64,000 bases of DNA. Source: an uncultured Pseudomonadota bacterium (GTDB taxonomy: Bacteria > Pseudomonadota > Alphaproteobacteria > RF32 > CAG-239). The position numbers and the translations under genes are program-made. Position 1 is the stretch's first letter. Each line of letters starts with the position of its first letter. Shown one piece after another: positions 10,225 through 18,748 of this stretch. The notes under the pieces were generated by a model. That model was not told the DNA's origin. It searched no databases and saw only the letters and a list, made by a program, of their open reading frames with translations. The DNA lies in assembly GCA_902763535.1 (NCBI GenBank), contig CACWSG010000004.1, forward strand, positions 7,568 through 71,567, in the 5' to 3' direction.

Positions 10225-10392
10225 TTAACCATTTTGGTTTTGTGCTTTTTGCAAAGGCTGTTTAGTTGTAGCGCCATTTTTGATTACTGCATTATGAACT
10301 TTATCTTTTAAGTGAGTTATAAAATCTTTAACACCACTCATAGTTCTTTCACTGTCTTGAGGATTTGGCTCTTTATAGTTGTAACTTGTCAT
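10225..10392 (-). CDS. Small hypothetical protein (about 55 aa from ATG 10392; track ORF extends to a TTG at 10413)
   Basis: Only an intergenic ORF between prmC and rpoH. No recognisable motif. Confidence 0.25.
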   Translation of the reverse strand: MTSYNYKEPNPQDSERTMSGVKDFITHLKDKVHNAVIKNGATTKQPLQKAQNQNG

Positions 10393-10437
10393 GACCTTAT
10401 TCCTATCGCTCAAATTTTGTCTATTTATGTCAGTGTA

Positions 10438-11337
10438 TCACTTTTTTACCGATATTGCAAGCAAAACTAATTCTTTTAATTTTTTCATCGCAGCATCTTC
10501 AATTTGACGCACTCTTTCGCGGCTGATGCCAAATTCCTCGCCGACCTCATTCAGTGTTTTCGGGGTGCTTGTCAACAGGCGATTCTTTATGATATATTGC
10601 TCGCGTTCACTGAGTTGAGCCAAACATTTTTTTATAATATCTTTTTTATAAGATGCTTCTTGAGCCAAAGCAATTCTTTCTTCTATATTCTGGCTCTTAT
10701 CGACCAGCAAATCGATTCGCTCTGCCCGCTCATCATCAGAATTAGCAATAGTTGCATTCAATGAAGTATCGCCGCCAAGTCTGCTGTTCATATCCTTGAC
10801 TTCTTGCTCATCAACCACCAATTCATGAGCAATCTGCTTAACTTCTTGAGGCGAAAGTTCCTTGTTTTCATAAATTCCCAAATGCGCTTTCAGTCTTTTA
10901 AGATTATAGAATAGCTTTTTTTGTGCTGCACTGGTACCCATCTTAACCAACGACCAAGACCTTAAAATATAGTCATTGATAGCAGCTTTTATCCACCAAA
11001 TGGCATAAGTTGCCAAGCGCACTTTTTTTGATAAATCAAACTTTTTGACAGCTTGTATCAGCCCAATGTTTGCCTCAGATATAATATCAGCCATGGGCAA
11101 TCCGTAATGGCGATAAGTCATAGCAATCTTGGCAGCCAAGCGCAGGTGTGAGGTTACCAAAGTTTGAGCAGCTTCCATATCGCCCTTTTGTTGTAATTTA
11201 TTTACTAATTCAACTTCCTGTTCTTCGCTCAAAACCGGAAATGTCTTTATTTTATCCAAATAAGCAACTAACGAGTTGTCGTTAATGACAACCGGCAGAT
11301 TGCTTTTTCTTACAACAAGACCATTGTGATCACTCAT
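10438..11337 (-). CDS. rpoH: RNA polymerase sigma-32 factor RpoH
   Basis: Sigma-70 regions 2-4 plus the RpoH box QKKLFYNLKRLK. Confidence 0.9.
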   Translation of the reverse strand: MSDHNGLVVRKSNLPVVINDNSLVAYLDKIKTFPVLSEEQEVELVNKLQQKGDMEAAQTLVTSHLRLAAKIAMTYRHYGLPMADIISEANIGLIQAVKKFDLSKKVRLATYAIWWIKAAINDYILRSWSLVKMGTSAAQKKLFYNLKRLKAHLGIYENKELSPQEVKQIAHELVVDEQEVKDMNSRLGGDTSLNATIANSDDERAERIDLLVDKSQNIEERIALAQEASYKKDIIKKCLAQLSEREQYIIKNRLLTSTPKTLNEVGEEFGISRERVRQIEDAAMKKLKELVLLAISVKK

Positions 11338-11417
11338 AAAACTACTTACGCTCCTTATCGCTGATTAACACAACAGCATATACTTTTTTCATTTTTTTGC
11401 AATATCTAATTTAGATT

Positions 11418-11975
11418 TTATTTTTCGAAAACAAACGACGGGCTTTTATTGTTAAAATTAATTAATTCAACCACTAACTTATCTTCAACATAGTACATAA
11501 TCGTGTAAAAATTTAAATCGACAGCATGATTAGACATTTTGCATATCTTTATATCTTCGTTATTTTTTCGCGAATTTATCTTAATTTCAATCAATCTGTT
11601 GGCTGCCGGTTTGTCATTTTTAGGATTGACTTCCGATGAGTTCAATTCGATAAAATTTTTAATATTTTTCAACAGGATGCGCATTTTTCGTTGATTACGG
11701 ATGGTTTTATCGCTTTCATCCATATAAGGCATCAAATTTGTTCGGAGTTGTTCAAGCAATTTGGAGTCGTTGCAATCCGGCATATTGGCACTTTCGCCCT
11801 TAAGAGAAGCCTTCTCATTTGATTCTATAACCGTAACCAACTCTTTATCGGGATAACCGAAAGCGTTAAGTTCTGCTTCATTTACATCATCTGTGCTATC
11901 CTCTTGTGCCGAAAGCGCAAAAGGATAACACAAAAGTCCCAATATAAAGCTTAATAACAACCCTCTTTTTAGCAT
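11418..11975 (-). CDS. Secreted hypothetical protein
   Basis: Signal peptide MLKRGLLLSFILGLLCYPFALSA. No recognised domain. Confidence 0.5.
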   Translation of the reverse strand: MLKRGLLLSFILGLLCYPFALSAQEDSTDDVNEAELNAFGYPDKELVTVIESNEKASLKGESANMPDCNDSKLLEQLRTNLMPYMDESDKTIRNQRKMRILLKNIKNFIELNSSEVNPKNDKPAANRLIEIKINSRKNNEDIKICKMSNHAVDLNFYTIMYYVEDKLVVELINFNNKSPSFVFEK

Positions 11976-11983
11976 TTTCTACC

Positions 11984-13381
11984 TTAAAAACTAATAGATT
12001 TAGGAGTTCTGGGGAAGGGAATTGTATCGCGGATATTGCCGATTCCTGTAATCAACATCATCATGCGCTCAAACCCAAGACCAAATCCTGCGTGCGGTAC
12101 CGAGCCATAACGCCGCGAGTCTAAATACCATTCATAATCGCTGAGTTCCATACCTAATTCTTTGATGCGCGCTTCCAAAACTTCCATGCGCTCCTCGCGT
12201 TGGGATCCGCCGATAAGCTCACCGATTCCCGGAACCAAAACATCCATTGCGGCAACCGTACGCCCATCATCGTTAAGTCTCATATAAAAAGCCTTAATCT
12301 CTTTGGGGTAATCGCGCACAATCACCGGACGCTTAAAGTGTTCTTCTGCCAAAAATCTCTCGTGTTCGGTTTGCATATCAATGCCGAATTCCGGTTTATA
12401 TTCAAATTTTTTGCCGGATTTCTGCATAATTTCAATGGCCTCGCTATATGTAATGCGTGCAAACTCGGTGTTCAAGATATGATTTAACTTGTTGAGCAAT
12501 CCCGGTTCAACAAATTTATCAAACAATTCCAAATCTTCTTTGCAAGTATCCATCACATATCTGATACAGAACTTGACCATATCTTCAGCCACATCCATAT
12601 CATCATGAATATCAGCAAAAGCCATTTCCGGCTCAATCATCCAAAACTCGGCAGCATGACGAGTGGTGTTGGAGTTTTCAGCACGAAAAGTCGGACCAAA
12701 GGTATAAATATCACCTAAAGCACAAGCATACATTTCGCCATTGAGCTGACCGGAAACCGTCAAATGAGCCTGTTTGCCGAAAAAGTCTTGGCTGTAATCA
12801 ACTTTGCCGTCGGCAGTCTTGGGTACATTGTTCAAGTCCAAAGTTGTAACTTGAAACATCTCTCCGGCGCCTTCACAGTCCGATCCGGTAATAATCGGGG
12901 TGTGAACATATCTAAAACCGCGCTCGTTGAAAAATTTGTGAATAGCATAAGACAATTCCGAACGAACTCTGAAAGCCGCGCCGTATTTATTGGAACGCGG
13001 GCGCAAATGAGCAATGGTGCGCAAATATTCGTCGGTATGTTTTTTCTTTTGCAAAGGATAATCTTCCGGAGCAATTGAATAAATTTCAATTTTTTCAGCA
13101 GCCAATTCAAACTTTTGATTACCGCCTTGTGATGGAACAAGCGCGCCTTCGATTGCCAAAGAAGATCCGGTAGAAAGTTTTTTGATTTCTTCATAGTTAT
13201 TCAAAGAGTTTTTGGCAATAACCTGCATATTTTTCAGGCAAGAACCGTCATTTACTTCAACGAACGAAAAATCTTTGGCATCGCGCCTTGTTCTCACCCA
13301 ACCTTTAATTAATACTTTTTCTATCGGCTGTTCTGATTTCAGCAATTCAGCAATCTTTGTTCTTTTCAACATAACTAACAC
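11984..13381 (-). CDS. asnS: Asparagine--tRNA ligase
   Basis: Class IIb aaRS with OB-fold N-terminus, motifs [21 protein letters not shown] and [11 protein letters not shown], and C-terminal FPRTP. Confidence 0.9.
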   Translation of the reverse strand: MLVMLKRTKIAELLKSEQPIEKVLIKGWVRTRRDAKDFSFVEVNDGSCLKNMQVIAKNSLNNYEEIKKLSTGSSLAIEGALVPSQGGNQKFELAAEKIEIYSIAPEDYPLQKKKHTDEYLRTIAHLRPRSNKYGAAFRVRSELSYAIHKFFNERGFRYVHTPIITGSDCEGAGEMFQVTTLDLNNVPKTADGKVDYSQDFFGKQAHLTVSGQLNGEMYACALGDIYTFGPTFRAENSNTTRHAAEFWMIEPEMAFADIHDDMDVAEDMVKFCIRYVMDTCKEDLELFDKFVEPGLLNKLNHILNTEFARITYSEAIEIMQKSGKKFEYKPEFGIDMQTEHERFLAEEHFKRPVIVRDYPKEIKAFYMRLNDDGRTVAAMDVLVPGIGELIGGSQREERMEVLEARIKELGMELSDYEWYLDSRRYGSVPHAGFGLGFERMMMLITGIGNIRDTIPFPRTPKSISF

Positions 13382-13510
13382 CTTCTTTATAAAATTTAAC
13401 TGTTTTTCGACACTCTATAACCTTTTTTATCAAAAGTCCAGCATTGACAAATCTTATTCTACGGTTTAAAAATAACACAGTGTTTAATTTATTTTTTTTG
13501 AGGTCAAATC

Positions 13511-13963
13511 ATGAAAAAAGAGCTTTTATCGCTTGGTGCATTGTCAATGTTGCTGACAGCTTGCGCTCCCAACATCAATTCTAATCACTATGCCACATCG
13601 GGTACCGGTGCGGTCGGTCAGGCCATGGGGTGCACTGTTGTTAGTGTCCGTCAGGTTAATGTTTCGTCATCCGATTCGTCTGCCGGTGCAGTTTTGGGAG
13701 CTATCGGCGGTGGTGTTGCCGGATCAACCGTTGGTCGCGGCCGCGGTTCATTGTTAGGTGCTTTAGGCGGTGCTGCTCTGGGTGGTTTGGCTGGTAATTA
13801 TGCCCAAGAGGGTTTGTCTTCGCAAAGTGGTGTTGAATATATCGTAAAACTTGACAATGGCAATTTGCGCACCATCACTCAAGGTACAGATGTGTATATG
13901 CAGCCCGGTCAAAGGTGCTATTTGCTTTACGGCGACCAGTCGCGTGTAATTCCTGCCAACTAG
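13511..13963 (+). CDS. Glycine-zipper outer-membrane lipoprotein (SlyB/17-kDa antigen-like)
   Basis: Lipobox LLTAC. Glycine zipper GAVLGAIGGGVAGSTVGRGRGSLLGALGGAALGGLAG. Confidence 0.65.
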   Translation: MKKELLSLGALSMLLTACAPNINSNHYATSGTGAVGQAMGCTVVSVRQVNVSSSDSSAGAVLGAIGGGVAGSTVGRGRGSLLGALGGAALGGLAGNYAQEGLSSQSGVEYIVKLDNGNLRTITQGTDVYMQPGQRCYLLYGDQSRVIPAN

Positions 13964-13984
13964 TAGAATTTCATCAAAACAACC

Positions 13985-14820
13985 GAGAAACCTAAAATTC
14001 TCGGTTGTTTTTTTATATATCCCCCTCGGACACTTTTTTATTGTCATCCTTGGGGACGCGTTTTTTTTATATGTCATCCTTGGGGACGCGTCAGCGTAAC
14101 CCGAGGATCCAAGCAAATTAGATTCAGAATAGATTCTCGGGTCATACACTCAGTGTATCGCCCGAGAATGACTTTTGGACACTTTTGGTCACTCAAAAGT
14201 GTCAATAATATAAAAAAATTCGAAGATGCCTAATTCGCTCATTTCACTCGCTCAGGCATGACAAAAAACTGTCACCCCTGAAGCCCCTCTACTGTCACCC
14301 TCGGACTTGGAGTCGATAGTTGGCGAGAACAAGGCGCTAGCCGCAGTTCAAGGCTTACGAGACGAAAGGGGCCCAGCTTCGTTGGGAATATCCATCCGAG
14401 GGTCAAACAAATTATCTTCGATTCTCGGGTCAAGCCCGAGAATGACATAAAAGAAAATAAGCCCAAGAATGACAGAAGAAAAATATCGCCCGAGAATGAC
14501 TTTTTATATAGGGTTTGGGATTGCGAGACAAGCGGAATAAGCAAACAGCGAAAAGGCTGGCAAAGATTTGCTTTATGCGGCTTTTGTCGGGCGCGTAAGT
14601 CGCCTGTAAATAAGCCGCAGCCTTATGCCTTTGAGCTGTTTGCCCGCTTGGCGAACAGCCCAATGACTTTTGGACACTTTTGGTCACTCAAAAGTGTCAA
14701 TAATATAATAAAATCGGAAGATGCCTAATTCGCTCATTTCACTCGCTCAGGCATGACAAAACCGGTAATGTCACCCCTGAGTGGTTTGCCAAAACCACGA
14801 ATTAGGGGTCTTCGATGTTT
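13985..14820. repeat. Repeat-dense non-coding region made of several hairpin-repeat families
   Basis: gtcatccttggggacgcg appears twice. (c)ccgagaatgac/attctcggg inverted copies appear at least 5 times. A unit of about 115 nt (approx 14167-14281 and 14662-14780) contains gacacttttg-gtcact-caaaagtgtc and atgcct-aattcgctcatttcactcgctc-aggcat hairpins. Confidence 0.85.
14511..14663. mobile_element. MITE-like 153-nt self-complementary element, copy 1
   Basis: Matches 16653-16805 with 2 mismatches, same orientation. Imperfect terminal inverted repeats (ttgggattgcgagacaagcgg / ccgcttggcgaacagcccaa). Nested internal pairings gcaaacagc/gctgtttgc, aaggctg/cagcctt, tgcggctt/aagccgca. Confidence 0.7.
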
Positions 14821-16526
14821 TAGAACAATTTCAACACTGCATTATTGGATTGTGCCGCTAAGGCAAGAGCATTGACTGCTAATGAATTTCTAGTTTGCAA
14901 AGCAAGATAATTTGCTGACTCTTCATTCATATCCGCCAATACCAAATCATCAGCACCAGTCTGTAATACATCAACCAAACCATCAGTGAAATTCATGCGT
15001 GTTTCAATGATACTTAAATTGTTGCCCAACCTTGCAACCTCATCACGAATAGAAATCATTGCATTTTGAATTTCTTTGATGCTTGCGGCAATATCGCCTT
15101 TGGTCTGCCACTCGCGAGTTGTAATGCCCAATCCGCTCAAGCTCATATCTTTGCCGTTAATAGTATAACTATGCGTGCGGTCTTCATTAAACATTGTGGT
15201 CAACTTGCCGCCTTTGAGCAGGTTGACACCTTGATAACTACTGTCTGATATCATCTCATCAAAAGCACTCATCGCCGTCAAATATTGCTCCGCGCTTTGC
15301 GCTAAAACTTTTTCATCAGCTCGCGGTTCGGCAGTCGGATAAACAAATTGCTCATCTTCAGCCATTCTCTGCACATTCAAAAGGCTTTGAATATTTGATG
15401 CTTGTATATTTTGATTTATTAAACTGGCATCTTCCATCACTTCATAACTTCGCCCACCAACCGTAACATGTGCTCCTTTAGCATAATTAATAACAACCAT
15501 ATTGCTTTCATAGGCCCCTCTTATAGCATTACCCAAAACATCAGCCGAAGCAGCTATATTAACAGTTCCACCTTCACAACCCCACCACCCGTTATTAAAC
15601 ATTTTTCCTTCTATATTTAATACACCATTACTGCAACACAAAACCCCAAAACCTTGAGTTTTGCAGGTTAATTTAGCTCCACTTTTTATCATCATATTTG
15701 CATTGTTTCTAATACCGCGGTTTTGGTTGTCTCCCATAGTTTTAAGATTAACATTTCCTTCAATGGATAAATTCCCCAGATTATAAACAGTGTATGACCA
15801 ATTTGAGCGAATTGGATTGTCTTGATTTATTTCTACATTCTTGATAGTCATCGTTCCATTGTTGCGCAAACAACTATTTGCTGATGAATTAGTGGTAGCA
15901 AAATTGATACTCAAATCCGATATCAAATTGTTTGCCGTGGTATTATTAGCTAACATAATAATGTTACGAGTGCAAGAGGCACTTATCGATGAGAATTTAT
16001 CTATCTCGCTGTCAAAATCGCCAAAATATCCGACACCGACCAGTTTTTGGTTATCATTTAAGGTTAAACCGGAAGTTATTTCGCCCATATCGATATGCCC
16101 ATAAACACAAATGGTTTCCTTGTTAGCATTGACCGCATCTTTGAGCTCTTGTGCTGTTGATACAACCGCGCCATTAGGGCCGACTTGAGCTTCAAACCAA
16201 GCCTTTTCCGGTATGATTGCTGCCTCGTATGCTTCTTTGGCAATCACCGCGGCATTTTCCAATATCTCGCCGCTGGCTTCTAAGCCTTTTACCGCCGTGG
16301 TAATAGTCTGGATACTTTGCCCCATGCTATCAAGGAGCATATCAAGGTCGCTTGCTCGGTTGGTCAAAGCTCGGCTTTGATAATAAGAGTTGGCATTATC
16401 AATCGCTGAGTTCACTTTTTTGCCGGTAGAAAGTCGTGTCTGGGTGGTGGACATCTGACTTGCCAACGACTTCAAGGAACTCAAGTTGCTGCGCATACTG
16501 GAGGTCAAAGTTATGTTAACAGACAT
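14820..16526 (-). CDS. Flagellin-family protein with beta-helix-like central insert
   Basis: True start is ATG 16526 (MSVNITLTSSMRSNLSSLKSL..), preceded by AAGGAGGGGG. The track ORF to 16808 is read-through of the repeat. Flagellin N- and C-terminal helices are present (..NFTDGLVDVLQTGADDLVLADMNEESANYLALQTRNSLAVNALALA). The centre has N.G.l.I-type repeats. Confidence 0.8.
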   Translation of the reverse strand: MSVNITLTSSMRSNLSSLKSLASQMSTTQTRLSTGKKVNSAIDNANSYYQSRALTNRASDLDMLLDSMGQSIQTITTAVKGLEASGEILENAAVIAKEAYEAAIIPEKAWFEAQVGPNGAVVSTAQELKDAVNANKETICVYGHIDMGEITSGLTLNDNQKLVGVGYFGDFDSEIDKFSSISASCTRNIIMLANNTTANNLISDLSINFATTNSSANSCLRNNGTMTIKNVEINQDNPIRSNWSYTVYNLGNLSIEGNVNLKTMGDNQNRGIRNNANMMIKSGAKLTCKTQGFGVLCCSNGVLNIEGKMFNNGWWGCEGGTVNIAASADVLGNAIRGAYESNMVVINYAKGAHVTVGGRSYEVMEDASLINQNIQASNIQSLLNVQRMAEDEQFVYPTAEPRADEKVLAQSAEQYLTAMSAFDEMISDSSYQGVNLLKGGKLTTMFNEDRTHSYTINGKDMSLSGLGITTREWQTKGDIAASIKEIQNAMISIRDEVARLGNNLSIIETRMNFTDGLVDVLQTGADDLVLADMNEESANYLALQTRNSLAVNALALAAQSNNAVLKLF

Positions 16527-16652
16527 AACCCCCTCCTTTTTATTATAACTAATTCGTAGACCCCTAATTCGCTCCTTACAGTCGCTCAGGGGTGACAGGT
16601 GGTGAAATAGACCCCTAATCTTGCTCAAGGGGTGACAGTTTAAAGATTCATC

Positions 16653-16805
16653 GGGTTTGGGATTGCGAGACAAGCGGAATAAGCAAACAGCGAAAAGGCT
16701 GGCAAAGATTTGCTTTGTGCGGCTTTTGTCGGGCGCGTAAGTCGCCTGTAAATAAGCCGCAGCCTTATGCCTTTGAGCTGTTTGCCCGCTTGGCGAACAT
16801 CCCAA
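16653..16805. mobile_element. MITE-like 153-nt element, copy 2 (in the 5' leader of the flagellin-like gene)
   Basis: See copy 1. Followed by the 12-bp perfect hairpin gttacttttggg-tg-cccaaaagtaac. Confidence 0.7.
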
Positions 16806-16894
16806 CACTTTTTGGTTACTTTTGGGTGCCCAAAAGTAACATAAACCGCTTGCAATTACATTGATTAACTGATTGATTTTATTAGATATTCCAT

Positions 16895-16902
16895 GGGGGG
16901 GG
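16895..16902. repeat. G8 (C8 on the coding strand) homopolymer upstream of flagellin-like gene 2
   Basis: Visible run. Minus strand reads TTGAGT-gtta-C8-atggaa-TATCTA (18-nt spacer). Confidence 0.9.
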
Positions 16903-17194
16903 TAACACTCAAACGGGTGGATTTTTGTGCTACTCGGGCGGACACACCAAAACCCATCGTATAATCATACGATGAGCGCTTTCGTCCCATAATTGTCCAC
17001 CCTAAAACCAACATTCTTGTCAGTCCTTCTTTTACTATAAGTTTCGCACGATACTACAATAATTATACCACATTTTTAAGCCCTATTCAACCCTAAAAAG
17101 CGATTCGTTTTTCAACGAGTTAGCTCAAGTCTGACTCGATTTTATTAAGATTCTCTGAACGTTTTCGATTCGAATTTTTTTTATTTTTTTTTCA

Positions 17195-17232
17195 TAAAAA
17201 AAGGAGCTTTAATTTCTCAAAGCTCCTTTTTT
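17195..17232 (-). terminator. Intrinsic terminator ending the AKR-flavodoxin-larBCE-transporter operon
   Basis: 9-bp stem aggagcttt/aaagctcct flanked by A-run and T-run, 3 nt after the stop of the 17235-17897 gene. Confidence 0.7.
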
Positions 17233-17234
17233 AG

Positions 17235-17897
17235 TTACAAGCCGCACAGTATTGCAACACCGCAAAGTATAATGGTCAATCCGGCCAACTCGTGCGTCCA
17301 GTTTTCCAATTTGTGCCAATGCAATTTTTGCAATCCCAGCAAGCCGATTGACACCATTGCCATCATCGCCGCAATTGTTGCAACCGAAAAAATAAAGGTT
17401 GAGCTGATGACGGCTTTGGTGCTCAAGACGCTTGCCGCGGTTAAAATCGGCAACAAAGCTTCACATGGGCCCAATACAAAAATAATAAAAATCACCCAGA
17501 CACTGATGTTTTTATCTTTGGGCAAATCATGGTGATGATGATTGTGCGGAGCGCGTAATTTGTGTTGCAACTTGTGTCGCAAGGCAAAAATTATATAAAC
17601 CACACCCAGTACAATCAAAGCCCAAGCCGCCACATCCGAGCGATGTTCTTCCAACCACGCAAACTGCTCTTGATTCAAAAAATGCGACAGATAGACAAAG
17701 CCCAAAGCAATCAACAAAGCACTGCCGATATGCCCGATACCGCATATAAAAGTCCACAGCAAAGTTTTTTTCAAACTGTAATTGCGAGCTTTGGCAATGG
17801 CGATAAACGGCAGATAGTGATCCGGTCCGGTAACTGTGTGAATGACGGCAGTCAAAAAAGCGGTCAACCACAATGAATAAATTGTAATATGTGTCAT
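17235..17897 (-). CDS. His-rich-loop membrane protein, probable Ni/Co transporter (NicO/RcnA-like)
   Basis: 6 TM helices, HTVTGPDH in TM1, GPCE in the second half, cytoplasmic loop APHNHHHHD. Sits at the end of the lar cluster. Confidence 0.5.
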   Translation of the reverse strand: MTHITIYSLWLTAFLTAVIHTVTGPDHYLPFIAIAKARNYSLKKTLLWTFICGIGHIGSALLIALGFVYLSHFLNQEQFAWLEEHRSDVAAWALIVLGVVYIIFALRHKLQHKLRAPHNHHHHDLPKDKNISVWVIFIIFVLGPCEALLPILTAASVLSTKAVISSTFIFSVATIAAMMAMVSIGLLGLQKLHWHKLENWTHELAGLTIILCGVAILCGL

Positions 17898-17917
17898 AAT
17901 CGTAAAAATAATTTAAG

Positions 17918-18748
17918 TTAAATTGTTCTTGTTTTTTTTAAGGTCTCATTCATGCTGCCGGTGCGATAACCTTTTAGGTCGAGAGTTGTATAAGCAAAAC
18001 CCATTTCGGTAAACTCATTATTGATTTTTTGGCGTACATTATCGACCATAATTTTAGCAAAGTCTTCCGGCAAAATTTCTATTCGAGCTAAATTGCCATG
18101 AATTCGCACCCTAAACTGTCTAAATCCCAAATTAAGCAAAAGCTGTTCAGCCTTATCAACCATCATCAGTTTTTCTTTGGTGATTGTTTCGCCATAAACA
18201 AAACGCGAGGCCAAACAGGCAAAAGATGGTTTATCCCAAGTCGGCAACCCCATTTCTTTTGAAATGTCGCGAATGTCTTGTTTGGAAAGATTACAATCCC
18301 GCAAAGGGCTTTTGATGTTTTGTTCACTCAATGCCTGCAATCCGGGACGATAATCTCCCATATCATCCAAATTGGAGCCTTCAACAATATGCTCAAATCC
18401 TTTATCCAAAGCAATTTTTTTGAGTTGCGTAAAAATAGCCGACTTGCAAAGATAACAACGATTAGCAGGATTTTTTACCACTGCATCATTATGCAGAATA
18501 TCTATCGGTACAATGATATGATTTATCTTTCGGTTGGCACAAAATTCTTTCGCTTCGTCCATTTCGCGCAGTGGGAAAAAATCTGATATTGCAGTCAAAA
18601 CCAGCAATTTATTGGAAGGCAAAACTTCTTTTGCTACCGCGACCAAAAAGGTTGAATCAACTCCGCCGGAGAAGGCTATTGCAACCGATTCCAAATTTTT
18701 AAGGTAGCACTTTAAATCCGCCAACTTTTGTTCTAAATCTTTATTCAT
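17918..18748 (-). CDS. larE: LarE, ATP-dependent sacrificial sulfur transferase (PP-loop)
   Basis: Likely start is MNKDLEQ at 18748, an 8-nt overlap with the larC stop. PP-loop SGGVDS. SFACLASRF contains the conserved Cys. Confidence 0.8.
   Translation of the reverse strand: MNKDLEQKLADLKCYLKNLESVAIAFSGGVDSTFLVAVAKEVLPSNKLLVLTAISDFFPLREMDEAKEFCANRKINHIIVPIDILHNDAVVKNPANRCYLCKSAIFTQLKKIALDKGFEHIVEGSNLDDMGDYRPGLQALSEQNIKSPLRDCNLSKQDIRDISKEMGLPTWDKPSFACLASRFVYGETITKEKLMMVDKAEQLLLNLGFRQFRVRIHGNLARIEILPEDFAKIMVDNVRQKINNEFTEMGFAYTTLDLKGYRTGSMNETLKKTRTI

Noticed and set aside
14272-16855. Track ORFs 14272-14544, 14430-14687 and 16640-16855, plus the 94-codon N-terminal extension of ORF 14820-16808. 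They share the peptide LGCSPSGQTAQRHKAAAYLQATYAPDKSR.KQIFASLFAVCLFRLSRNPKP.
   Set aside because: The shared peptide is simply the translation of the 153-nt MITE-like repeat. The flagellin-like gene has a strong RBS (AAGGAGGGGG) and a flagellin N-terminus at ATG 16526.
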